From an uncultured Solibacteraceae bacterium (lineage in GTDB: Bacteria > Acidobacteriota > Vicinamibacteria > Vicinamibacterales > SCN-69-37): DNA of 64,000 bases. Position 1 is the first letter of the stretch; every line of letters begins with the position of its first letter. The DNA lies in NCBI GenBank assembly GCA_964471115.1, contig CAYYFE010000006.1:16370-80369 (forward strand), read 5' to 3'. A program made the position numbers and the translations under genes. Below, in pieces: positions 25,881 through 34,778 of the stretch. Under the pieces are notes generated by a model, which worked only from the letters and a program-made list of their open reading frames with translations, had not been told where the DNA came from and searched no databases.

Positions 25881-27677
25881 ATGCATCCGTCCTCCCGCGC
25901 GGCCACGCGCATGCTCCTGCTGTGCGCCAGCCTCACCGCCGGCCTCGCGGCGCGTCCCGCGTTTGCACAGGCACCGCCCACCGTCACCGCCGAGGTCGTC
26001 GTCACCGCCACCGTCGCGCCCGTCCCGGCCGCCAGCGTCGGACGCACCGTCTTCACGCTGACGCGCGACGACCTGCAGCGCTTCGGCGTGACCTCGGTCA
26101 TCGACGGCCTGCGGCTGCTGCCGGGCGTCGACGTGAAGGCGCGCGGCCCGCACGACGTGCAGGCCGACTTCAGCCTGCGCGGCGCGACCTTCGGCCAGGC
26201 GCTCGTGTTGCTCGACGGCGTGCGGCTCAATGACGCGCAGAGCGGACACCATAACGGCGAAATCCCCGCGCCGCTGGTGGGGGTGGACCGCATCGAAGTG
26301 GTGGCCGGCCCCGCCTCCGCGGTCCATGGCGCCGATGCGTTCGGCGGCACGATTCAGGTGCTGACCCGCCGCGGCCGACACCTCACCGGCCAGGGCGCGT
26401 TCGGCGAACACCGGACCGTCTCCGCGCAGGTGTCCTCGAGCGGGCACGTGTTGCCGGCGGCCTGGACCGTGGCCGCCTGGGGCGCGAGATCGGACGGCTT
26501 CATGTTCGATCGCGACTACGCGCAGGGCGGCGGCTCGCTGCGCGGCACGGTTTCCTCTTCGGTCACGATGGACGTCCGGCACCAGCGCCGCGCGTTCGGC
26601 GCCAACGGGTTTTACGGCAACTCCCCGTCGAAGGAATGGACCGACGGCACCGTCATCTCCACGCTGCTCAACCGGCAGGCCGGCGGCTGGACCACGCAGG
26701 CGCGGGTCGCCTGGCGCAACCACGGCGATCACTTCCGGTGGGACATCAACCGCCCCGGGTTCGCCGAGAACCGGCATCGCACCAACGCGCTCGACGCCGA
26801 CCTGACGCTGGGCCGCTCGCTGGGCGCCGCGCTGCGACTGACCGCGGGTGGCGGAGGCGGCGGCGACTGGATCACGTCGTCCAACCTCGGCGATCACACC
26901 TACGGCCGCGCGTACGCGTTCGCCGAGGCGTTGTGGGCGCCGGCCGCGCGAGTGTCGGTCCAGTCGGCGGTGCGATTCGATCACTACTCCACGTTCGGCG
27001 ACGCCTGGAGCCCGTCCCTCTCGGCGGCCGTCCAGGTGTCCGGCCGCGTACGCCTGCGCGCCTCGGCCGCGCGCGCGTTCCGCATTCCCACCTTCACCGA
27101 GCGTTTTTATACCGACCCGGCGCACCTGGCCAGTGACACGCTGGCCCCCGAACGCGGGTGGGCGCTCGACAGCGGGCTTGACGTGCAGGCGGGCCGCTGG
27201 ACGCTCAGCGCCACGCCGTTCATCCGCTGGGATGAAGACGTCATTGACTGGATTCGCGGCAGCACGGCCGAACGCTGGCGCACCACAAACGTCCGCGACG
27301 TCACCACGCGCGGGCTGGAATGGTCGGCGTCCGGGCGCTTCACCGGCGCCCTGGTGCGCGCCCACGTCACGCTGCTGGACGTCGACGCGCCGAAGCTGAC
27401 GATGTTGTCGAAGTATGTGCTCGACTACGCCCCGCGATCGGCGGGGCTGAGCGTGGCCGTCCCGCTGGCGGCCCGGGTCGTGCTGTCGGCGACGGCTGAT
27501 GGGCGCGACCGGTTGGATGGACAGCAGTACGTCCTGCTGGGCGCCCGGCTGACACGGCCGGTGGGCCGCGTGGACGTGTTCGTCGAGGGCAGCAACCTGC
27601 TCGACGAGGCCTACCGGGAAATTGGCGGGGTGCCGATGCCCGGACGCTGGGTCAGCGCGGGCATCCGGCTGCGCTGA
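25881..27677 (+). CDS. TonB-dependent outer-membrane receptor
   Basis: Signal peptide. Plug domain (ITREDL-like TLTRDDLQRFGVTSVIDGLRLLPGV, LRGATFGQALVLLDGVRLND, IDRIEVVAGPASAVHGADAFGGTIQV), then beta-barrel repeats. Confidence 0.85.
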   Translation: MHPSSRAATRMLLLCASLTAGLAARPAFAQAPPTVTAEVVVTATVAPVPAASVGRTVFTLTRDDLQRFGVTSVIDGLRLLPGVDVKARGPHDVQADFSLRGATFGQALVLLDGVRLNDAQSGHHNGEIPAPLVGVDRIEVVAGPASAVHGADAFGGTIQVLTRRGRHLTGQGAFGEHRTVSAQVSSSGHVLPAAWTVAAWGARSDGFMFDRDYAQGGGSLRGTVSSSVTMDVRHQRRAFGANGFYGNSPSKEWTDGTVISTLLNRQAGGWTTQARVAWRNHGDHFRWDINRPGFAENRHRTNALDADLTLGRSLGAALRLTAGGGGGGDWITSSNLGDHTYGRAYAFAEALWAPAARVSVQSAVRFDHYSTFGDAWSPSLSAAVQVSGRVRLRASAARAFRIPTFTERFYTDPAHLASDTLAPERGWALDSGLDVQAGRWTLSATPFIRWDEDVIDWIRGSTAERWRTTNVRDVTTRGLEWSASGRFTGALVRAHVTLLDVDAPKLTMLSKYVLDYAPRSAGLSVAVPLAARVVLSATADGRDRLDGQQYVLLGARLTRPVGRVDVFVEGSNLLDEAYREIGGVPMPGRWVSAGIRLR

Positions 27678-27686
27678 CCGTTCGCC

Positions 27687-27938
27687 TTACTTGCCCGCCT
27701 CGTCGGACTCGTCTTCCTCGTCGCCCGTCTCGCCCCACGGCGCATCATCGCCCCAGGGCGACGCCTGCGGGCCGGGCACGATGCCGGCAATGTCTGGGTC
27801 TTCCCCGCCGGGCCCCCGCGGCACGACCGACTTGCGCTCGCGGGCTTCTTCGCGGCGCGCGGCCTTTTCCTTCTGGCGCTCCTGACGAGCGCGCTCCCGG
27901 GCGCGTTTCTGCGCACTGACTTTTGGATGATTCGCCAA
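27687..27938 (-). CDS. small highly charged protein (basic N-terminal half, acidic C-terminal tail), function unknown
   Basis: 83 aa with TTG start, AGGA 7 nt upstream and high GC3. I recognise no family. Confidence 0.4.
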   Translation of the reverse strand: MANHPKVSAQKRARERARQERQKEKAARREEARERKSVVPRGPGGEDPDIAGIVPGPQASPWGDDAPWGETGDEEDESDEAGK

Positions 27939-27974
27939 ATCCTGTCCTGACTCCCCGCCCGGTCTGGGCCCCTG

Positions 27975-28298
27975 TTAACGGCTGCCGGGCGCGAACTTCA
28001 ATCCTATCAGTCCCGCGACGATCAGGCCGACACAGAAGAGGCGCACCGGCGAGGCCGACTCACCGAACCGCAGAATCCCGACGATGACCGTCCCGACCGC
28101 CCCGATCCCCGTCCACACCGCGTAGGCCGTGCCCAGCGGCAGCGACCGGACGGCAATCGCCAGCAGCCAGACGCTGCCCACCAGGGCCACCAGCGTCAGC
28201 ACGGTCGGCACCGGCCGGCTGAACCCGTCAGTGAACTTCAGGCCCACCGCCCACGCGGTTTCGAGCACACCCGCCAACACCAGAATGAGCCACGGCAT
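27975..28298 (-). CDS. sugE: SMR-family transporter SugE/Gdx (guanidinium / quaternary ammonium efflux)
   Basis: Near-collinear with E. coli SugE: LAGVLETAWAVGLKFTDGFSR...LPLGTAYAVWTGIGAVG...GESASPVRL...GLIGLK. Confidence 0.9.
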   Translation of the reverse strand: MPWLILVLAGVLETAWAVGLKFTDGFSRPVPTVLTLVALVGSVWLLAIAVRSLPLGTAYAVWTGIGAVGTVIVGILRFGESASPVRLFCVGLIVAGLIGLKFAPGSR

Positions 28299-28316
28299 GA
28301 CGGCACTCTACTCCAC

Positions 28317-29735
28317 TCACTGCCAGACCATCAGGCGGTCGTGCGGACGGGCCGCATACTGCGCGGCCTGGGCACGGGCGCGTGTTTGTTCCGCGCCCCG
28401 CCACGCCCGCGGGCGCAGGTCCACCACCACCGTGCGGCCGGCGGCCTGATGAGCATCAAGCACCGCCGCGAGGTCAGCCGGCCAGGACCACCCGGGGCAC
28501 ACCGTCTGCCAGCGGCCCTCGGGTAACGCCGCCGTCGGCTCACGCCGAACCTGCTCCTTGATCAGGCCCACGGCCGGACAGGCGTGGCCGGTCACGATCA
28601 CCGCATCGGCCGGTACCGACGCCAGGCGTTCTGCCATCGCGCGCGACACCTCCAGCCACGGGCGCTCCGCGCGGTGCACGACCACTGTTGCGATCGCGAT
28701 GGGCAGCAGGAACCCGACAACCCATGCCGCGCGCCGCCTCCCGAGGGCCGCCGCGGCCGGCAGAGCGACGGCGGTCGGCAGCGCGATGAGCAGATACCGC
28801 GGACTGTAGGTCACACCGTGGTACGACGCCATGACGGCCAGGACGAGCCACGACGGCAGGACCAGTGTGCTCCACCACGCCCCCTCACGCATCCGCACAC
28901 TCCACATCGTCAGCATCACGCCCACTGGAGACAATGCGACCAGCCATCCGGCGATGAGTCCCAGTTCCCGCGCGCCCCACTGCTGCAGTGCGCGGTCGTG
29001 CGCCATGCCCGCGCGCCAGTTGACGATGGTCTCGGTATATCCCGGCTGCACCGTCCAGGCCCAGACCATCGGGACCACGACACACAACACCGTGGCCACG
29101 CCGGCGGACAGCAGCAGGCGGATTCTTCGCACGGGCTCGGTTCGCCAGAGCGCGAACGCCACCACGATGGCCATCACGATTGCCGCTTCGCGCAGGCCGG
29201 CGGCCAGGCCGAGCCACACTCCGGCCGACGCGGCGTCGCGCGCGCGCGTTGTGCGCGCGGCGCGCACCGCCCAGAACACCGCCAGGACGACGAAGGGGAC
29301 GGTCGGACCGTCGGTGAGGACGGCGAAGCCGCTGTGCGCGAGCGCCGGTGACGTGGCGACCAGCGCGCCGGCGAGCAGCGAGGCGCGGCGATCGAATCCG
29401 AGTTCCCGCGCCAGCGCCCACGTGGCCGGCGCGGCGAGCGCGGTGAGCGCCAGGCACACCCAGCGCAGGACGGGTTCGAGGTGCCACACCGACCCGCCAA
29501 TCCCCTGCCACCCGGCCGCGACGGCCTGGCTCAGCGCCGCGAATACCGGCCGGCCAAAGCCAAGCCCGCCCACCTCACCCGTCAGCGCCTGAGTGACGTA
29601 GCCGAACGAATCCCAATACACCGGCCCCCACGACCCGACGACCAAACCACACGCCACGGTCAGCGCCCACAGGGCGCCCGCGGCTCCGCGGCCGCCAGAG
29701 CCGGCCGCGCTACGACCCCCTCGCCATCTCGTCAT
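28317..29735 (-). CDS. GT-C-fold membrane glycosyltransferase-like protein (DUF2723/TMEM260-like)
   Basis: About 11 TM helices. The first-loop motif VYWDSFGY..GGLGFGRPVF resembles the W-DSGE..PPGYPL signature. The only start compatible with TM1 is ATG 29735, which lies inside the 8-bp repeat array, so the start is uncertain. Confidence 0.5.
   Translation of the reverse strand: MTRWRGGRSAAGSGGRGAAGALWALTVACGLVVGSWGPVYWDSFGYVTQALTGEVGGLGFGRPVFAALSQAVAAGWQGIGGSVWHLEPVLRWVCLALTALAAPATWALARELGFDRRASLLAGALVATSPALAHSGFAVLTDGPTVPFVVLAVFWAVRAARTTRARDAASAGVWLGLAAGLREAAIVMAIVVAFALWRTEPVRRIRLLLSAGVATVLCVVVPMVWAWTVQPGYTETIVNWRAGMAHDRALQQWGARELGLIAGWLVALSPVGVMLTMWSVRMREGAWWSTLVLPSWLVLAVMASYHGVTYSPRYLLIALPTAVALPAAAALGRRRAAWVVGFLLPIAIATVVVHRAERPWLEVSRAMAERLASVPADAVIVTGHACPAVGLIKEQVRREPTAALPEGRWQTVCPGWSWPADLAAVLDAHQAAGRTVVVDLRPRAWRGAEQTRARAQAAQYAARPHDRLMVWQ
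29684..29714 (+). repeat. dispersed hairpin-GCTACG element, copy A (31/31 identical to 37241-37271)
   Basis: ctccgcggccgccagagccggccgcgctacg. Stem gcggccg/cggccgc. Lies inside the predicted 5' coding end of the GT-C gene. Confidence 0.85.
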
Positions 29736-29803
29736 CTTGCCATCTCGTCATCTCGCCATCTCGTCATCCCGTCGCTCGCCACCTCGCCATCTCGCCACCT
29801 GTT
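29717..29803. repeat. about 11 tandem copies of the 8-bp unit CAYCTCGY
   Basis: cccctcgc catctcgt catcttgc catctcgt catctcgc catctcgt catcccgt cgctcgc cacctcgc catctcgc cacctgtt. Confidence 0.9.
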
Positions 29804-29808
29804 TAGGG

Positions 29809-29814
29809 TAGAGT
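29809..29814 (+). promoter_or_regulatory. -10-like TAGAGT 6 nt before the ATG (putative leaderless start)
   Basis: gggTAGAGTgccctcATG read directly. Confidence 0.4.
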
Positions 29815-29820
29815 GCCCTC

Positions 29821-31353
29821 ATGCGAAAGCCCCGCCCTGCGGGCCTCGCGGCGCTCCTGTGTGGAGTGCTCGGGGCCGGACTCGTCGTCTCTGCCCAGAA
29901 CGTGGCTCCGGGCCAGCGTCTCAACAGCGAAGCGCAACTGACACGCGGCGATCAGTATTTCGCGCAGCGCCGGTATCAGGAAGCGTTTCAGGCGTATGAC
30001 GCCGCGCGCGCCAGTGAACGCGCCGGCACGCGGATTCTCGCCGGTGCCGGACAGGTGCAGACGCTCATGCGGATGAGCTTGTTCTCCGAGGCCGCGCGCA
30101 TGGGCGGTGTCGTGGCGTCACGTGACCCCGAACATCCGCTGGCCCTGGCGGTTCACGGTGACGCGCTGTGGGCGGCGGGCATGTTCGACGAGGCCGAGCG
30201 GCGGTACGACGAGGCGCTGGCGCGTGACGCGGAGCTGCCGTTGGGCCTGCACGGCAAGGGTCGCGCCCTGGCGGCCCGGCGGCAGTTCGACGAGGCGCTG
30301 CCGCTGCTGCGCCGCGCGATCGACCGCGACGATCGACAGGCCGCGTTCCACTACACACTCGCCGGCGTCTACGAAGACCAGTTCAATTACCGTGACGCCA
30401 CGCGCGCGCTGGATCGGTACCGCGACACCGTGTCGTCGCGTGAGATGGACGACCTGATGCAGTGGGCGCAGGCGCAGGCCGACTTCCTGCGCAGCTACGG
30501 GTCGCGCACGCCGTACGAACTGGTCAGCGGCGATCGCCTGTACACCGTGCCGCTGGTCATCGAGGAAGGCCGCGTGCGCGTCCGCGGGCGCGTGAACGAC
30601 CGCGCCGACATTGATTTCGTGCTCGACACCGGCGCCGACCGCACGACATTGCCGCCGCCGCTGGCGTCACAGGCCGGCGTCGTGCCGGTGCAGACGCTCA
30701 AGACCGCGGGCGTCGGCGCGGTGGACGTCGGCTTCCGCGGCCTGCAGGTCGCGCGCATCGACGACCTGCAGATTGGCGATCTGCACGTGCGCCAGGTGGG
30801 TGCGCTCATCAAGAGCCCGACCATGCCGGGCCTGCCCCGGCCCGAAGGCGCGGGGTTCTCTCCACTGTCGATGGGGCTGTCGATTGAAGTCGACTACGGC
30901 GCGCAGACGTTGACCATGGGCCGCCTGCTGCCGGAGGCGCAGTACCCCATTCAGTTACCGCTGCGCATGCAGCGGCTGCCGTTCGTGCGCGCCACACTCA
31001 ACGACGCCATGCCGGTCAACATGGCCATCGACACCGGCGGCACGGCCATTTCGCTGAGCCGGCGTGTCGCCGGACGGCTCGAGACGCCCACGGCCCGGCT
31101 GGTCCCTGCCAAGGTGTATGGCACCAGCGGCTGGGATCCCAGCGCGTACCTGCTCCCGTTTGTGGACCTGTTCGTGGCGCCGGGCGTCGGCACGTCGCAG
31201 CGGTCCGTGGTCGTGCTCAACCTGGACGCGCCCAGCATGCTGCTGGGCTTTGAACTCGGCGGCATCCTCGGCCACGAGTTCCTCAGCAAGTACGTCGTGC
31301 GGATCGACCTGGTGCGCGGGTTCGTGGGGCTGCGACCAAGAGTCCTCACGTAA
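29821..31353 (+). CDS. secreted TPR protein with two tandem retropepsin-like aspartyl protease domains
   Basis: Signal peptide. TPR-like helices (YFAQRRYQEAFQAYD, MFDEAERRYDEAL, QFDEALPLLRRAI). Two D-T-G motifs in the clan AA context: FVLDTGADRTTL and MAIDTGGTAISL. Confidence 0.65.
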   Translation: MRKPRPAGLAALLCGVLGAGLVVSAQNVAPGQRLNSEAQLTRGDQYFAQRRYQEAFQAYDAARASERAGTRILAGAGQVQTLMRMSLFSEAARMGGVVASRDPEHPLALAVHGDALWAAGMFDEAERRYDEALARDAELPLGLHGKGRALAARRQFDEALPLLRRAIDRDDRQAAFHYTLAGVYEDQFNYRDATRALDRYRDTVSSREMDDLMQWAQAQADFLRSYGSRTPYELVSGDRLYTVPLVIEEGRVRVRGRVNDRADIDFVLDTGADRTTLPPPLASQAGVVPVQTLKTAGVGAVDVGFRGLQVARIDDLQIGDLHVRQVGALIKSPTMPGLPRPEGAGFSPLSMGLSIEVDYGAQTLTMGRLLPEAQYPIQLPLRMQRLPFVRATLNDAMPVNMAIDTGGTAISLSRRVAGRLETPTARLVPAKVYGTSGWDPSAYLLPFVDLFVAPGVGTSQRSVVVLNLDAPSMLLGFELGGILGHEFLSKYVVRIDLVRGFVGLRPRVLT

Positions 31354-31377
31354 CGCGCGCTGGTCTTGAGCGCGCGA

Positions 31378-31406
31378 CCGCGGCCCGAAGACCGTGCCGC
31401 GCTACG
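31378..31406 (+). repeat. diverged copy D of the hairpin-GCTACG element
   Basis: ccgcggcccgaagaccgtgccgcgctacg aligns with ccgcggccgccagagccggccgcgctacg. Confidence 0.6.
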
Positions 31407-31449
31407 TACTGCCCCGTACAGGACAATACGTACTGCCCCGTACAAGACA
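31402..31449. repeat. 2 x 24-bp tandem direct repeat, each unit containing GTAC-N6-GTAC
   Basis: ctacgtactgccccgtacaggaca / atacgtactgccccgtacaagaca (22/24 identical). Confidence 0.9.
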
Positions 31450-31476
31450 AAAGGCCGGACATGACGTCCGGCCTCT
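31450..31476 (-). terminator. intrinsic terminator of tRNA-Pro
   Basis: Minus strand: aggccggac-gucau-guccggccu followed by UUUUGUCUUGU. Confidence 0.75.
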
Positions 31477-31486
31477 TGCTGATCTT

Positions 31487-31563
<77 letters not shown>

Positions 31564-31572
31564 ACAACCGAA

Positions 31573-32868
31573 TCATCTTACCCCGAAAACCCTCCGGCCG
31601 CCCTGCATCACCAGAGAAACTTCACGAATCGCCCGAATCTGCGTCGTCGGATCGCCGGTCACGGCCACCAGATCGGCCACCAGACCGGGCCGGATGCGCC
31701 CGACCTGCTGGTCCAGGTGCAGGACGTCGGCCGCCACCGACGTGGCCGACGTGAGCGCCGAGAGCGGCGTCATCCCGTAGTCCACCATCAGTTCGAGTTC
31801 GCGGGCGTTGTCACCATGCGCGAACACGCCGACGTCCGATCCGTTGACGATGCGCACACCGGCGGCCAGAGCGGCCTTGAACGACTCGCGCTTCTGCCGG
31901 ATGCGCGCGGGCTCCGGGTCGATGCCCGGCTTCCATCCGCCGTACTGCGTGATCGCGTGGCCCGCGGCCAGCGTCGGACACAGGGCCACACCGCGTTCGG
32001 CCATCAGCCGGAAGACCTCGGGCGTGCCGCCGTCGCCGTGTTCAATGGTCTCGGCGCCGGCCTCCACCGCGCGCCGCATGCCCTCCGCGGTGCTCGCGTG
32101 CACCACCACGGGCCGGCCGCTGCTCTTCGCCGTGTCGACGATGAGCCGGAGTTCGTCGAGGGAGTACGTCGGCTGCGCCTCGCCCGACGGCCCCCAGCGA
32201 TAGTCGCCGTACACCTTTACCACGTCGGCGCCCTTGCCGATCTGCTCGCGCACGGCCTTCACCAACGCGTCGACGCCGTCGGCTTCCTGCGCGCCCTGCG
32301 GAATGTCCCATTCGGCCGCAAACCCCTTCGGCGCGTAACTGCCCGTCGCAATCAATGCCCGCGTGGCGATGAGCAGCCGCGGCCCGGGGATGATGCCTTC
32401 GGCCAGCGCCTGCTTGAGCCCCACGTCGGCGTACCCGGCGCCCTCGGTGCCCAGATCGCGCAACGTCGTGAAGCCGGCGTCCAGCGTGGCTTTCAGGTGA
32501 TTCACCGCGCGAGCCACGCGCAGGGCGTGCGACTCGTTGAGCACCTGCTGATTCCACGGGGTCTCGTTGTAGGGATGGAGCAGGACGTGGGTATGCGCGT
32601 CGATCAGTCCGGGCAGGAGCGTCGCGTTGGGCAGGTCGATGACTTCGGCCCCTGGCGCGCGCACGTCAGCGGCGGGTCCCACCGCGACGATCCGGCCGCC
32701 ACGCACATGCACGACATCCCCGACACGGACGCGCTCGCCGTCGAACACGCGCGCCGGTCGCAGCAACACGTCGCCGGCGGCCGGCTGTTGTGCGAGCGGC
32801 CGCGGGGCGGCCCAGAGACCGGCCACCGCCAGCACCGCCGCCACGCCCAGCCGGCGCGCGATCGTCAC
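31573..32868 (-). CDS. secreted metal-dependent amidohydrolase family protein
   Basis: Signal peptide. LPGLIDAHTHV (HxH), VHASTAEG, IEHG, GSDVGVFAHGDN. GTG start 1 nt after the surE stop. Confidence 0.8.
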   Translation of the reverse strand: MTIARRLGVAAVLAVAGLWAAPRPLAQQPAAGDVLLRPARVFDGERVRVGDVVHVRGGRIVAVGPAADVRAPGAEVIDLPNATLLPGLIDAHTHVLLHPYNETPWNQQVLNESHALRVARAVNHLKATLDAGFTTLRDLGTEGAGYADVGLKQALAEGIIPGPRLLIATRALIATGSYAPKGFAAEWDIPQGAQEADGVDALVKAVREQIGKGADVVKVYGDYRWGPSGEAQPTYSLDELRLIVDTAKSSGRPVVVHASTAEGMRRAVEAGAETIEHGDGGTPEVFRLMAERGVALCPTLAAGHAITQYGGWKPGIDPEPARIRQKRESFKAALAAGVRIVNGSDVGVFAHGDNARELELMVDYGMTPLSALTSATSVAADVLHLDQQVGRIRPGLVADLVAVTGDPTTQIRAIREVSLVMQGGRRVFGVR

Positions 32869-32869
32869 G

Positions 32870-33628
32870 TCAGACTCCCGGCACCGCCGCCGAACTCAGC
32901 AGCGCGGTCGTGCGCTCCAGCATGCGGTGGTCGGTCAGGTCGGGCTGCAGCGGCGTCACCGAGATGAAGCCCTGGCGCACGGCGTGGTGATCCGACTGTT
33001 CATCGAAATCCCAGTCATCGGAGGCTTCCTCGATCCAGAAGTACGGCCGCTGCCGGGGATCGAGCCGTTGCGCGACCTTCGTGATGTGGTTGCGCCGCGC
33101 CTGCACCGTCGTGCGCACGCCCTTGACGGGACCGGAGGGAACGTTGATGTTGAGGAACGTCCGCGGCGGCAGCGGCGCCTGCAACACGGCCGCCGCCATC
33201 TGCGCGGCAAACGCCGCAGCCGTCGAGAAGTCGAACGTCTCGCGCGTGAACTGCTGCGACACCGCGATGGCCGGATACCCCAGCAGCGCCCCTTCCAGCG
33301 CCCCCGCCACCGTCCCCGAATACGTCACATCGTCGCCGATGTTGAACCCCTTGTTGATGCCCGACACGATCAGATCGGGCTTGTGCGTCAGGATCTGGTC
33401 GATGGCGATGTTGACGCAGTCGGTGGGCGTGCCGTCCACCGCGAACACATCGTCCGAGACGCGCTCGACGCGCAGCGGCCGCCGCAGCGTCAGCGCGTGG
33501 CCAACGGCGCTGGCCTCGGTCTGGGGCGCGACGATGACGACCTCGCCGACCGCGCGAAGCGCCGTGGCCAGCGCGTGAATCCCCGGGGAGAAATGTCCGT
33601 CGTCATTGGTTACGAGAATGCGAATCAT
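32870..33628 (-). CDS. surE: 5'/3'-nucleotidase SurE
   Basis: MIRILVTNDDGHFSPGIHAL..., SGINKGFNIGDDVTYSGTVAGALEG. Start trimmed to ATG 33628. Confidence 0.92.
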   Translation of the reverse strand: MIRILVTNDDGHFSPGIHALATALRAVGEVVIVAPQTEASAVGHALTLRRPLRVERVSDDVFAVDGTPTDCVNIAIDQILTHKPDLIVSGINKGFNIGDDVTYSGTVAGALEGALLGYPAIAVSQQFTRETFDFSTAAAFAAQMAAAVLQAPLPPRTFLNINVPSGPVKGVRTTVQARRNHITKVAQRLDPRQRPYFWIEEASDDWDFDEQSDHHAVRQGFISVTPLQPDLTDHRMLERTTALLSSAAVPGV

Positions 33629-33638
33629 TGCCCGTTGA

Positions 33639-34751
33639 TCATACGCGGAGGAACCAGCGTTTGCGGTACAGGAGTTCGCACAACCCGTAGAGCACCGCCA
33701 GGTTGGCGAACGCAAATGCCAGCGAAGCGTTCTTCGGCGAGGCGTACGGCTCGAACGCCGTCGTGTACAGCCAGCGCAGCGCGGTGACCGACGTCCCGTC
33801 CGCGCCCGCGATGCGGATCCAGGCGAGCGTCTTGACCAGCAGCGCCGAGGCGATAAAGAGGAACAACGCGTTCACGCCCAGCACGACCAGCGGCCGAGCG
33901 AACCGATTCTGCCCCTTCACATCGAGCACCCAATAACACGCGGCCAGCGCCATGGCCGCCATGCCGCTGGTCAGCAGCACGTACGAACTCGTCCAGAGGT
34001 TCTTGTTGATCGGGAACGTGCGATCCCACACGGTGGCCACGAGGATCGCGGCGCCGCTGGCGGCAATCAGGCCGGCGACCTTCTCGGTGGGCGTCCGCTG
34101 CGAGCGAATCCACACACCGGCGGCGACACCCGTGAGGGCGGTGCCGATGGCCGGCAGCGTGCTGAGCAGACCTTCCGGATCCCACGTGCGCGCCTGCCGC
34201 CAGAGATGGGCTTCGCCCAGCACCGTGCGATCGAGCCACGCGCCGAGGTTGCCCGACGGCGTCAGGTCGCCGGCAAGACCGCCAGGCACGGGCACGAACC
34301 GCATCAAGGCCCAATACGCCAGCAACACGAGTGCGGCCACGCCGACGGCCGCCTGCCATTTGTCCTCGTCGTCCGCCTCGCGAAACGCGCGGAAGAACAA
34401 CGCGGCGGCGAAGTAACACAGCGCCAGCCGCTGCAGGACTCCCATGATGCGGACGGTGGAGACATCAAAGCGCGGATACAACGCGAGCAGGAGGCCGAAC
34501 GCGAAGATCAGCGCCGCGCGGCGTGCGATCACGGACACCGGCATCGTCGAACGCGCGGACAGCGTGATGGAGACGCCGACGATGAACACGAAGAAGGGGA
34601 AGATGAGGTCGGTCGGTGTCCAGCCGTGCCACGGCGCGTGCAGGAGCGGCGCGTACACCTGGCTCCAGTCACCGGGATTGTTGACGATCACCATCGCGGC
34701 CATGGTGGCGCCGCGAAAGACGTCGAGGGAGACAAGCCGGGAGGACGTCAC
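33639..34751 (-). CDS. HGSNAT-like membrane acyltransferase (DUF1624/DUF5009 type)
   Basis: SLDVFRGATMAAMVIVNNPGDW...LLHAPWHGWTPTDLIFPFFVFIVGVS plus about 10 TM helices. Start GTG 34751. The rest of the 744-aa track ORF is antisense to the DmpA-like gene. Confidence 0.7.
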   Translation of the reverse strand: MTSSRLVSLDVFRGATMAAMVIVNNPGDWSQVYAPLLHAPWHGWTPTDLIFPFFVFIVGVSITLSARSTMPVSVIARRAALIFAFGLLLALYPRFDVSTVRIMGVLQRLALCYFAAALFFRAFREADDEDKWQAAVGVAALVLLAYWALMRFVPVPGGLAGDLTPSGNLGAWLDRTVLGEAHLWRQARTWDPEGLLSTLPAIGTALTGVAAGVWIRSQRTPTEKVAGLIAASGAAILVATVWDRTFPINKNLWTSSYVLLTSGMAAMALAACYWVLDVKGQNRFARPLVVLGVNALFLFIASALLVKTLAWIRIAGADGTSVTALRWLYTTAFEPYASPKNASLAFAFANLAVLYGLCELLYRKRWFLRV

Positions 34752-34761
34752 GGTGGCGGCC

Positions 34762-34769
34762 AGTATAAT
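34762..34769. promoter_or_regulatory. symmetric -10 core agtataat shared by a divergent pair
   Basis: Plus strand: TATAAT, 9 nt, then GTG 34779. Minus strand: TATACT, 10 nt, then GTG 34751. The spacer is only 27 bp. Confidence 0.5.
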
Positions 34770-34778
34770 CGGGCCATC

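Noticed and set aside
28299-28316. Guanidine riboswitch upstream of sugE.
   Set aside because: Only 18 nt separate sugE from the upstream gene stop, so it is co-transcribed with no room for a riboswitch.
29725-29790. Alternative upstream ATGs inside the 8-bp array as starts of the GT-C gene or of small peptides.
   Set aside because: ATGs in the GCGAGATGA context hit TGA after three codons, or are out of frame. Only ATG 29735 reads out of the array into the gene.
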